From Halomonadaceae bacterium (GTDB taxonomy: Bacteria; Pseudomonadota; Gammaproteobacteria; Pseudomonadales; Oleiphilaceae), in contig REBR01000267.1 of assembly GCA_007692645.1 (NCBI GenBank), positions 2,120 to 66,119 on the forward strand: a stretch of 64,000 nt of DNA, in the 5' to 3' direction. The notes under the pieces were generated by a model. The model searched no databases and was not told where the DNA came from. It saw only the letters and a program-made list of their open reading frames with translations. Both the position numbers and the translations under genes were made by a program. Of the stretch, positions 29,037 to 37,875 are shown in pieces (positions within the stretch are counted from its first letter, which is position 1; each line of letters starts with the position of its first letter).

Positions 29037-30158
29037 TTGCCAGAACAAAGTCAGGCTCCGGTTCACCATGTCATTACCAGCCCGCTTCCATCCACCACAG
29101 CACTGGAAGAATTTCAGCGATTACTAAGCCGGCGTATCCTGGTGGCTGCCGCTTGGTTAGCGTTGTTTCTGGCCCCCTTGCTCCAGGGGCTGGATTATTT
29201 ATTGAGCCACATGGGGGAGTCATTGTGGTGGCACCATTTTGCCTTACGCTTGGTGGTGATGCTGGTTGCTGGCGCAATTCTGCTGGTGAATTGGCGCTGG
29301 CCCGATGGCCGCTGGCCGCGACCCGCAAGTAAACTGCTGGGTTTGCTGCTAACGGCGGTTGGTTGGAGCCTGTTTATTCTTCATGCCGCCGTTCCAGACG
29401 GGAACCTGGCGGTAACCTCCCAAGGTCTTACCCTGTTTCTGATAGCTGTTGCGGTTCTGGCCACTGGGGGCCTGCGTGACCTGTGGTTGATCTATCTGGT
29501 GCCCGCCATCCTTGCGCTGCTGATATTGCTGGAACGAGGTCTGTTCCTGGGACTACTGCCGGGACACCTGGTTTACCCCTTAATGGCCATGGTGGTGGGG
29601 GCCGTGCTCGCCCAGATTCTGTCTTCGGGCTACCTGAGGCTTCTGGCGGCCCAGGAGGGGCTCAAGCAACATGCCCTGACCGACCCGCTCACGGGACTGC
29701 TTAACCGCCGGGCCATGGATCAGCGTCTGGCCGCAGAGCATGCCCACTGTGAGCGCCATGGTCTGAATTATGCTGTTCTCATGGCAGACCTGGACCGGTT
29801 TAAGCGGGTCAATGATACCCATGGCCATGATGTGGGGGACCAGGTGCTGCGGCAACTCAGCCAGCGACTACTGGCAGCGGTGCGCCAGGAGGACTCGGTG
29901 TCCCGCTGGGGGGGCGAGGAGTTTTTGCTGATGCTACAGGGTGCCAGTGACGAGAGTGCCTTGCAGGTGGCGGAAAAGATTCGCCAGGCTGTGGCAAAGG
30001 AGCCTTTTATAACCAGCGCAGGCTCTCTGACCATTACCGTGAGTCTCGGGGTCGCTCTATATGCGCGCGGCACATCCGTAAACGAGGTGATTGTGCGGGC
30101 AGATCAGGCCCTCTATCAGGCGAAGAATAATGGCCGGAATCAGTCCGTGCTGCTGTGA
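29037..30158 (+). CDS. membrane-bound diguanylate cyclase (GGDEF)
   Basis: 373 aa with a TTG start and roughly six N-terminal TM helices. The GGDEF domain has an intact GGEEF motif and an RxxD I-site (RQEDSVSRWGGEEF). Confidence 0.85.
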   Translation: MPEQSQAPVHHVITSPLPSTTALEEFQRLLSRRILVAAAWLALFLAPLLQGLDYLLSHMGESLWWHHFALRLVVMLVAGAILLVNWRWPDGRWPRPASKLLGLLLTAVGWSLFILHAAVPDGNLAVTSQGLTLFLIAVAVLATGGLRDLWLIYLVPAILALLILLERGLFLGLLPGHLVYPLMAMVVGAVLAQILSSGYLRLLAAQEGLKQHALTDPLTGLLNRRAMDQRLAAEHAHCERHGLNYAVLMADLDRFKRVNDTHGHDVGDQVLRQLSQRLLAAVRQEDSVSRWGGEEFLLMLQGASDESALQVAEKIRQAVAKEPFITSAGSLTITVSLGVALYARGTSVNEVIVRADQALYQAKNNGRNQSVLL

Positions 30159-30170
30159 AGAGCTGAGTGA

Positions 30171-31676
30171 TTAAAACAGCCCCAGCAATGGTCCTGCCAC
30201 CAGGACTACCCACAGACTGATCAGCACCGCCGCCAGCAGGCTGATTAAAGCGCCGGCTTTGGCCATCTGGGCGACGGTCATCTGATTGCTGGCAAACACA
30301 ATGGCATTGGGAGGGGTGGCTACAGGCAGCATAAAGGCGCAGGAGGCAGCCAGGGCCACAGGTAGCAGCAGAGTTAACAATGGCAGCTGCAGGGCCAGGG
30401 CCAGTGAGGCGGCCAGGGGCAGAAGAGTGGCGGCGGTGGCGGTATTGCTGGTGACATGGCTTAACACCATTACCAGGGTAACAATGCCAGCTACCACCAG
30501 CCATTGTGGCTGTCCCGCTAGCCCCTGTAATTCCCCTGCAGCGGTCAGTGCCAGGCCGCTGGCCTCAATGGCCGCACCCAGACTCAGACCACCACCCACC
30601 AGTAGCAAGACCCCCCAGGGCAGGTTGCGGGCAGCTTCCCAGGTCATGAGAAATTGCAGCTGTTGCCAGCGGGCCGGAATCACAAACAGCAACAGAGCCC
30701 CGAGCAGGGCAATTCCCGGGTCCGTCAGTGTCAGCCCGGGCAAAAAGTCCTGCAGTAATGGTCGGCTCAACCAGGCCAGGGCCACCCCCAGGAAAACAAC
30801 AGCCACGGCCTTCTCTGGTCCGCTCATGGGGCCCTGGTCATGACGTTGCTGCAGTAACAGATCACCCAGGCCCTGAATGGGGTGCCGGGAAACCGGATAC
30901 AGTACCCGTGTGAGCAGCCACCAGGCCATAAACAGCAACAACAGAGACAGGGGAAGGGCCATGACCATCCACTGGGCAAAGCCCAGGGTAATGTCGTGGT
31001 GATCCCGCAGGTAGCCTGCCAAAAGGGCGTTGGGGGGAGTGCCGATAAGGGTGGCCATGCCACCAATGTTGGCGCTCATGGCTATGCCCAGCAGCAGGCA
31101 CAGGTTGAGGTGTTTGGGGCCTTGCTCGCCAGTGTCCACCAGGCTCAGCACAGAGAGACCGATAGGCAGCATCAGGGCGGCGGTGGCGGTGTTACTGACC
31201 CACATGCTAAGGCTGGCGGTGGCAATCATGAAGCCCGCCACCACATGGTCCGGTCGGGTGCCGGCAATGGCCAGCACCCACAGGGCAAGGCGCCGGTGCA
31301 GCCCCCACCGTTGCACTCCTTCAGCCAGTATAAAGCCCCCGAGAAACAGAAAAATCAACGGGTTGGCGTAGGGGCTGGCGGCTTCTGCCATGGGTACCAC
31401 ACCCATTAACGGCAACAGTGCCACCGGCAGCAACGCGGTAATGGCCACCGGCAGAGCTTCTGTTACCCACCAGACCGCCATTAGCCCGGTCAGGGCCAGG
31501 GTTCGCCAGGCAGCGACACTGAAGCCGGCTGGCGGTTCTATCAGTAAGAGCCCGATAAACAGTAGCGGTCCGAGAATAAACCCCAGGTGCAGCCGCCAGT
31601 GGGAAAGCCTGGCCCCGGGCCCTGGTTCCGTGGCGGTTTGCCTTGGGTCGTTTTGGGAAGAGAACCGTTTAGCCAC
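30171..31676 (-). CDS. DASS/SLC13-family anion:sodium symporter
   Basis: 501-aa polytopic ORF with paired hairpin motifs (VSNTATAA and SNTATAAT). The GTG start overlaps the upstream ATPase stop by 8 nt. Confidence 0.8.
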   Translation of the reverse strand: MAKRFSSQNDPRQTATEPGPGARLSHWRLHLGFILGPLLFIGLLLIEPPAGFSVAAWRTLALTGLMAVWWVTEALPVAITALLPVALLPLMGVVPMAEAASPYANPLIFLFLGGFILAEGVQRWGLHRRLALWVLAIAGTRPDHVVAGFMIATASLSMWVSNTATAALMLPIGLSVLSLVDTGEQGPKHLNLCLLLGIAMSANIGGMATLIGTPPNALLAGYLRDHHDITLGFAQWMVMALPLSLLLLFMAWWLLTRVLYPVSRHPIQGLGDLLLQQRHDQGPMSGPEKAVAVVFLGVALAWLSRPLLQDFLPGLTLTDPGIALLGALLLFVIPARWQQLQFLMTWEAARNLPWGVLLLVGGGLSLGAAIEASGLALTAAGELQGLAGQPQWLVVAGIVTLVMVLSHVTSNTATAATLLPLAASLALALQLPLLTLLLPVALAASCAFMLPVATPPNAIVFASNQMTVAQMAKAGALISLLAAVLISLWVVLVAGPLLGLF

Positions 31677-34434
31677 CTTGAACGCTTTCCCGGGGGGATT
31701 GAGGGCTTTTTGGCCGTGGGGAGAAGCGTCTCAGTAACCACTTCTCCAACTCCACAATAAACAGCAGTGGCAGAGTCACCATAATAATCAGTAACCAGCT
31801 ATTGCCGGGTAAGGCCCCAGTACCAAACAACTGATGCATAAAGGGCAGATAACTGAAACCCCACTGCAGCAGCAGAATCAGGCCAATGGCACCGGGCACC
31901 CAGGGATTCCCCAGCAGTCCGGCCCGACTGAAAACCGGTAGCAGCAGGTGGCGGCAGTTAATCAGGTAGAACACCTGAGCGGCAATCACGGTGTTGACGG
32001 CAGCGGTCCGCGACTGCTCCAGTGAGAAGCCTGCCTGCTGGTGATAGCGGAAAATCCAGAAGGTGGCAGCCAGTACCAGGGTGGACACCAGCAGTACCCG
32101 CCAGACCAGAAACGGCGTAAAAATCCCTTCCTGGGGGGAGCGTGGAGGGCGCTGCATAATGCCAGGTTCTGGGGGCTCCATGGTCAGCGCCAGGGCCAGG
32201 GTGACTGCGGTTACCATGTTGACCCAGAGAATCTGTACCGGGGTAACCGGTAATGCCATCCCGGCCATTACAGCCGCCAGGATCAGCAAGGCCTGGCCAC
32301 CGTTGGTGGGCAGAATGAACAGCAGGGATTTGCGGATATTATCGTAAATGGCTCTGCCGGTTTTTACCGCTCCGGCAATGCTGGCAAAGTTGTCATCCGC
32401 CAATACAATTTCCGCCGCCTCCCGGGCCGCTTCAGTGCCGCTTTTACCCATGGCCACCCCCACATCGGCACGACGCAGGGCAGGTGAGTCATTCACCCCG
32501 TCACCGGTCATGGCGACCACTTCCCGGGCCTGTTGCAGGGCTTTCACCAGGGTCAGCTTGTTGTCCGGGCTGAAGCGGGCGAAGACATCGGTTTTTTGGG
32601 CCACCTGGCTGATTTCTTCAGTGTTCAGAGTATCGAAATCTTTTCCCGTCAGGCCGTTTTTGCCATCCCCTATACCCAGTTGCCGGCCAATGGCCAGTGC
32701 AGTCCCAAGGTGATCCCCGGTGATCATCTTTACCCGTATGCCGGCGGCATGACACTGCCTGACAGCTTCTATTGCTTCATCCCGTGGTGGGTCTTCCAGC
32801 GCTACCAGACCCAGCAACACCAGGCCCTGCTCGGCATCCTGCTGTTGCAGGGTTGCTTGTGTCTGGTCCTGAATTTTCATGGCGAATGCCAGTGTGCGGC
32901 GCCCCTCCCGGGCAAAGCTGTCCACCAGATCCTGCCAGTGCTGCTTATCCAGAGGTGCATTGCCGCCATTGCCGTCCATGGCATGCTGGCACATCTCCAT
33001 GATGCGCTCGGGGGCTCCCTTTACCAGAATGCGCCCCTGACCCTCTGGGTTATGATCCAGGGTGGCCATGTAGCGGTTTTCAGACTCGAAAGGGATGTGG
33101 TCTACCCGTTGCCAGTGATCACGCAGGGCTTCGCCATCAAGCCCGCCTTTGGCGGCAACGACCAGTAAGGCCGCCTCCATGGGGTCGCCGCTGATGCGGG
33201 TCTCGTTATCGGTGTGCTGGATATGGGAGTCATTGCACAGCAGCCCAGCCTGCAGTAGCTCAAGTAGCGCTTTATCGGGTTCACGGGGGTTATCCTCTAA
33301 CCCCTCAATTTTGCCTTCAAGGGTATAACCGGCACCACTTACCTGGGCCTGCTGACTCAGGGTAGCGATACTGCGCACGGTCATTTCATTGCGGGTAAGA
33401 GTGCCGGTTTTATCAGAGCAGATGACGGTGACTGAACCCAGGGCTTCCACCGCAGGCAACCGGCGCACGATGGCGTTGCGGTGAGCCATGGTCTGAACAC
33501 CCAAAGCCAGGGTAATGGTAATAATTGCTGGCAGGCCTTCGGGTATGGCCGCTACCGCCAGGCCAACGGCGGCAAAAAACATGTCCACGGCAGTTTCACC
33601 CTGAACTTGAGTACCCAGGGCGAAGGTGATGGCTGCCAGTATCAAGATAATCACCGTCAGCTGGCGGCCAAACCGTTCAATGCGCTGCAGCAGGGGAGTG
33701 GCTAACTGGGTGGTTTGTTCTGCAGCGGTGCTGATGCGGCCCAATTCCGTGTGGTTGCCAGTGGCTACCACCAGTGCCTGAGCCCTGCCTGCCACCACCA
33801 GGGTGCCGGACCAGACCATGCCAAGACGGTCCCCCAGGGGTGTCTGCTCTTCCACCGGCCCGGTGTCTTTATCAATGGGCACGGACTCCCCGGTAAGGCT
33901 GGACTCATCGGTACGCAGGCCTTTCAGGGACAGCAGGCGGGCATCGGCGGGAACCCGGTCACCACTTTCAAGTGCGACCAGATCACCAGGCACCAGTTCA
34001 GTGGCATCCAGTTCCTGGCGTTGCCCGTCGCGCAGTACCCGTGCCCGGGTAGACATCATCTTGCGGATACTGTCCATGGCCTGTTCTGCGCGGCCTTCCT
34101 GAATGAAACCGATCAGCGCGTTCACCAGGACCACGGCAAAAATGACCCCTGCATCCAGCCACTGCCCAAGGGCCAGGGTAATCAAACCAGCAACGATCAG
34201 CACATGGATCAGCATGTTGTTGAACTGGCTTAACAGGCGTTTCAAGGGGCCGCGCCTGGGGGGTGCCGGCAAGCGGTTCTCCCCAAACTGGGCCCGGCGG
34301 CGCTCCACCTCCGAGGTAGACAGCCCTTTGGTATCGGCTTCCAGTTTGCTTAGCAGAGACTCCTGGGACAGGCTGTGCCAAGCAGTATGGACGGTATTAT
34401 TGGAAACCTCCTGTTTCCTGGATTTCCTGTCCAT
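31669..34434 (-). CDS. P2-type cation-transporting ATPase
   Basis: 921 aa with TGES, the TM4 motif PEGLPAIIT, phosphorylation site [14 protein letters not shown] and the hinge [12 protein letters not shown]. The start is 3 nt after the stop of the FixK-like gene. Confidence 0.93.
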   Translation of the reverse strand: MDRKSRKQEVSNNTVHTAWHSLSQESLLSKLEADTKGLSTSEVERRRAQFGENRLPAPPRRGPLKRLLSQFNNMLIHVLIVAGLITLALGQWLDAGVIFAVVLVNALIGFIQEGRAEQAMDSIRKMMSTRARVLRDGQRQELDATELVPGDLVALESGDRVPADARLLSLKGLRTDESSLTGESVPIDKDTGPVEEQTPLGDRLGMVWSGTLVVAGRAQALVVATGNHTELGRISTAAEQTTQLATPLLQRIERFGRQLTVIILILAAITFALGTQVQGETAVDMFFAAVGLAVAAIPEGLPAIITITLALGVQTMAHRNAIVRRLPAVEALGSVTVICSDKTGTLTRNEMTVRSIATLSQQAQVSGAGYTLEGKIEGLEDNPREPDKALLELLQAGLLCNDSHIQHTDNETRISGDPMEAALLVVAAKGGLDGEALRDHWQRVDHIPFESENRYMATLDHNPEGQGRILVKGAPERIMEMCQHAMDGNGGNAPLDKQHWQDLVDSFAREGRRTLAFAMKIQDQTQATLQQQDAEQGLVLLGLVALEDPPRDEAIEAVRQCHAAGIRVKMITGDHLGTALAIGRQLGIGDGKNGLTGKDFDTLNTEEISQVAQKTDVFARFSPDNKLTLVKALQQAREVVAMTGDGVNDSPALRRADVGVAMGKSGTEAAREAAEIVLADDNFASIAGAVKTGRAIYDNIRKSLLFILPTNGGQALLILAAVMAGMALPVTPVQILWVNMVTAVTLALALTMEPPEPGIMQRPPRSPQEGIFTPFLVWRVLLVSTLVLAATFWIFRYHQQAGFSLEQSRTAAVNTVIAAQVFYLINCRHLLLPVFSRAGLLGNPWVPGAIGLILLLQWGFSYLPFMHQLFGTGALPGNSWLLIIMVTLPLLFIVELEKWLLRRFSPRPKSPQSPRESVQGG

Positions 34435-34437
34435 AAC

Positions 34438-35223
34438 TTATTCGCTATTCCGCTGGGAGTGTAGTGAGGCTGCTGGGCCCATGGCCGCAATGGCCTCCAG
34501 TCCGGCCAGATTAAGAATTTCAATGTCGCTGGTATTAACAGCCAGCAGCCCCTGATCCCGGAACTGGCTGAAAGCCCGTGACAGGGTTTCGGTGGCAAGC
34601 CCCAGATAACCTGCCAGGTCCCGGCGCTTCATGGGTAGATGCAGGGTCAGGCGGCTGCCCCCCCGGCGTGACTGACCTTCCGCATATTCCAGCAGAAAGC
34701 TTGCCAGGCGACTGGTGGTGGAACACCCCCGTTCCATATGCAGTAACCGGGTCAGTCGCAGTATTTCATCATACATGCTGTGTATCACAGGGCTGTGAAG
34801 GTGGCTGTCGGACACCTCGGCGGCGGAACAATGACTCGGGCTTTGCTCACTTTCGCCGCCCTTACAGTACAGGCTAGCCAGTTCAGCCGTGGTTAACTGC
34901 CGCACACTGGCGGTATCCAGGGCCATCACAGCACAGAAAGTGGTGCGCCCCACCATGGCGTCAAAGCCGATCAGATCTCCAGGCAGATGAAACCCCAGTA
35001 CCTGCTCGCTGCCGTCTTCATACACCACGTAACTCTTGAACACCCCCGCCATCACCCGATAGGGGTGGCTGAGGGGCTCGCCGGCATGAAACAGGTGTTC
35101 TTTTCTTCGCAGAATGCGGTTTTTGGCGGACGTCAGAGTGGCGGCAACTGGCAGTGATGGAAGGGTAGGGGAAAGGTGTTGAGCTTGCCCTGGAGTGTAA
35201 TGAGCCTGAGGTTGTCCAGCCAT
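34438..35223 (-). CDS. Crp/FNR-family regulator, FixK-type (no N-terminal Cys cluster)
   Basis: The ATG at 35223 follows AGGAAGGA. It has a cNMP-like beta roll (GFHLPGDLIGFDA) and an HTH (RRDLAGYLGLATETLSRAF) with the E--SR recognition residues of FNR/FixK. It lacks the CX2CX5C N-terminal cluster of FNR. Confidence 0.8.
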   Translation of the reverse strand: MAGQPQAHYTPGQAQHLSPTLPSLPVAATLTSAKNRILRRKEHLFHAGEPLSHPYRVMAGVFKSYVVYEDGSEQVLGFHLPGDLIGFDAMVGRTTFCAVMALDTASVRQLTTAELASLYCKGGESEQSPSHCSAAEVSDSHLHSPVIHSMYDEILRLTRLLHMERGCSTTSRLASFLLEYAEGQSRRGGSRLTLHLPMKRRDLAGYLGLATETLSRAFSQFRDQGLLAVNTSDIEILNLAGLEAIAAMGPAASLHSQRNSE

Positions 35224-35330
35224 GATGAGTTCCTTCCTGATGACCGCTAATGAGCAAATGAATGGCGATGAAACGGAACCCAAGTAGAGCCCGTCTGGAA
35301 GGTTAGATTAGCCAGTCACGGAAACGGAAG

Positions 35331-35350
35331 GTATGGGGGGTTCCCCCCAT
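35331..35350 (-). terminator. GC hairpin just downstream of the fixL-like gene (weak terminator or attenuator)
   Basis: TATGGGGGG-TT-CCCCCCATA lies 25 nt after the kinase stop. There is no strong U-run, so read-through into the FixK-like gene is plausible. Confidence 0.35.
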
Positions 35351-35374
35351 AGCTCTGTCCGGCCTGACAGACAG

Positions 35375-36601
35375 TTAAGGGGGTGTTTGCCATGCTGGAG
35401 TTGAGGCTTGTTGGCAGGGCAGGGTAAGGCGAAAAATTGCGCCGCCATGCTGGTTGTTTGAGGCCAGAATCTGTCCCCCGTGCCTAGTCATAATGGAGCG
35501 GCAAATGGACAGTCCCTGCCCCATGCCGTGGGCCTTGGTGGTGAAGAAGGGATCGAACAGCTGATTCATATCCTCTGAATTTATGCCCGGACCATTATCC
35601 CTTATTTCAATGATGCACTGATTCTGGTTCCAGTCTGTTACCAGGCTCAGGATCCGTTCGCCGTTATTCTCATGCATGGCATCAATGGCATTTCTGATCA
35701 GGTTGAAAAGTACCTGTTCGATCTGTGTGCGGTTCAGGAGACAGGGTTTTAAGGGCGTTGAAAGATGTGTTTTCAGGGTTATGTCAGCGCCACGTATTTC
35801 ATGGGCCAGTAACAGCAGCACGTTACTGATCAGCTGGTTGGGTTGCTCCGGAGTCAGTTCCGTCTCTCGCTCCTTGACCAGAAAGCGCCGCAGTTCATTA
35901 ATAATCTCACTGGCACGGCGGCTTTGTTGAAGTATCTGCTCCATGGGACGCTGTAAAACGCTGCTATCCCCCTGACCGCTCTCTATCAGGCAAAGGCAGG
36001 CCTGGGCCGTTGTGTGTATCGCCGTGAGGGGCTGACTGATTTCGTGGGCCAAGCCGGCGGAGAGCTCCCCCATGGAGCCGAGACGGTTCATGTGGGCCAG
36101 TTCCGTAAGCGCCTTGTGAGCTTCCCGCTCGGCTTTTTTTCGGTGACTGATATCCTGCAGAAAGCCCACAAAAAGCTGCTGGCCTTCCAGCGTTAACTCT
36201 GCAATGGCCAGGTTCAGCTCCACGGTATGGCCATCCCGGTGCAGACCAGTGACTTCCCGGCCAATGCCAATAATCTTTTTTTCGCCGGTTTGCTGGTAGT
36301 TGCGGATATAACCGTCGTGATGCCCACGAATGGGTTCTGGCATCAGCATCTTGATATTCTTGCCTACTACCGCTTCGGCGGGGTACCCCAGAATGCGCTC
36401 CGCCGCCGGATTAAATGATTCCACAATACCCCGGTGGTTAATGGTAATGATGCCATCAATGGCATGAGCCACAATGGTCTGGCTGCGCAGGGTCTGATCT
36501 TTCAACTGTTGACGCAGGTGGTGGAAATGATCGCCACGGCTGTCATTTTCACTGTGCTCGTCGGCACCGGCGACCCGGGAGAGAGGAGATGATTCTTCCA
36601 T
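35375..36601 (-). CDS. fixL: soluble heme-PAS sensor histidine kinase, FixL-like
   Basis: 408 aa with no TM segment. The PAS core MLMPEPIRGHHDGYIRNYQQTGEKKIIGIGREVTGLHRDGHTVELNLAIAE aligns with rhizobial FixL heme pockets recalled from memory: [35 protein letters not shown] and ILMPEPDRSRHDSYISRY...IIGIGRIVTG. The H-box is LAHEISQPL, and N and G boxes are present. Confidence 0.85.
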   Translation of the reverse strand: MEESSPLSRVAGADEHSENDSRGDHFHHLRQQLKDQTLRSQTIVAHAIDGIITINHRGIVESFNPAAERILGYPAEAVVGKNIKMLMPEPIRGHHDGYIRNYQQTGEKKIIGIGREVTGLHRDGHTVELNLAIAELTLEGQQLFVGFLQDISHRKKAEREAHKALTELAHMNRLGSMGELSAGLAHEISQPLTAIHTTAQACLCLIESGQGDSSVLQRPMEQILQQSRRASEIINELRRFLVKERETELTPEQPNQLISNVLLLLAHEIRGADITLKTHLSTPLKPCLLNRTQIEQVLFNLIRNAIDAMHENNGERILSLVTDWNQNQCIIEIRDNGPGINSEDMNQLFDPFFTTKAHGMGQGLSICRSIMTRHGGQILASNNQHGGAIFRLTLPCQQASTPAWQTPP

Positions 36602-36878
36602 GAGGCTTTCAGCTCAGTCGTTTGCTACTGCTTGCACAATGCACCCTATAAGAAATGCCCTACAATTTAGAATATCATGGATATCTGTAGGGGATGCAAC
36701 ACCTGAATTCCCGATTGTACGTTGAGGGTCGCAGGTGTGGCTAACTTACAGGGCGCCCCCTTTCACCAGGGCGACAGCAGGGTATTTTAATATGACAGCT
36801 TACCTGTAATGATCGTTGGATGGTTGCAATTGAGCATGCAATACCCCCAGGTAGTGGACCTGTCTGCGGCACTATTCA

Positions 36879-36892
36879 TTGATCCACATCAT
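36879..36892. promoter_or_regulatory. FNR/FixK-type box TTGATCCACATCAT
   Basis: It matches TTGAT-N4-ATCAA at 9 of 10 defined positions. Its centre is about 70 bp upstream of the usp ATG, and a TGTAAT -10 candidate at 36918-36923 puts the box near -42 to -45. The region is shared and divergent with fixL. Confidence 0.5.
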
Positions 36893-36954
36893 ATTGAACA
36901 GGTGCAGGACTGGTTACTGTAATCCCAGATAATGACCATTTTAGCGAGGCTCCC

Positions 36955-37824
36955 ATGACAACGACTATCCAACGACTTGTTACTGCTACCGATTTTTCTG
37001 AAGCGGGCAACAATGCCGCGCTTCGCGGGGCCTATTTGGCCAAGGCCATGGGTGTAGAGACCTTTTGCCTTTGGCATGTGCTGGAACCCGCTGTTGGCAG
37101 GGTGCTGAGGGAAACCCTGGCGTTGTCCCTGAGCCACAAAAAGGATTTCCATGACCCGGTCAGTGAGGCGTTGGCCGCCATGGCCAAGCGCATTGAAGAG
37201 GAAACCGGGATTACTCCCCACACAGAATTTCTCGAAGGGGCCATGACCCAGGTGCTTCCCCAGGCCCTGAAAAAGGGCGACTTATTGGTGATCGGGGCCA
37301 CCGGTAGCCACCGATTCCGGCGCATCATGCTGGGCACCACGGCCCTGCGCATCCTGCAGCGTTGCCAGGTGCCGGTGCTGGTGACCCGGGAAACTGCCGC
37401 CAGCAGCTATCAGAAAGTTCTGGTGGCCACGGATTTCTCACCGTTCTGTGAGCGGGCCATAGAATTGGCGGAAAAGGTGGCTCCAGATGCGGATATCCGT
37501 CTGTTTCATGCCTACCATGCCAGCCATGAAATGGATCTGATTTTTGCCGGGCTCAGTGATCAGGTCATTCAGCAGTACCGGGATAAGGCGAAAATTGAGG
37601 CAGAACAGAAAATGCAACGGCTGAGGGCTTCTCATCCGTCCTTTAATGCAGACCTGTTGCCCGGTTACCCGGTGCCAACCCTGATTGAGCACCTTGAAAC
37701 ACAGCAATCAGACCTGGTAGTGGTGGGCAAGCAGGGACAGGGAGCGACGGAAGATTCTCAGCTGGGCAGAGTGACCCAGCGGCTGTTGAATGAAGGGACC
37801 ACGGATGTGCTGGTAGTCAATTGA
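36955..37824 (+). CDS. tandem-domain universal stress protein (UspE-like)
   Basis: 289 aa with two Usp domains, each ending in a G-x2-G-x9-G(S/T)-like ATP motif (IGATGSHRFRRIMLGTTA, VGKQGQGATEDSQLGRVT). Confidence 0.88.
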   Translation: MTTTIQRLVTATDFSEAGNNAALRGAYLAKAMGVETFCLWHVLEPAVGRVLRETLALSLSHKKDFHDPVSEALAAMAKRIEEETGITPHTEFLEGAMTQVLPQALKKGDLLVIGATGSHRFRRIMLGTTALRILQRCQVPVLVTRETAASSYQKVLVATDFSPFCERAIELAEKVAPDADIRLFHAYHASHEMDLIFAGLSDQVIQQYRDKAKIEAEQKMQRLRASHPSFNADLLPGYPVPTLIEHLETQQSDLVVVGKQGQGATEDSQLGRVTQRLLNEGTTDVLVVN

Positions 37825-37875
37825 GCACAGGTTTCAGACAATATTAAAACCGTTGCAGTCAGGGAGCAGTAAGCA

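Noticed and set aside
36672-36684. 13-bp palindrome ATATC-ATG-GATAT about 75 bp upstream of fixL.
   Set aside because: It is too short to distinguish from chance and matches no known operator consensus.
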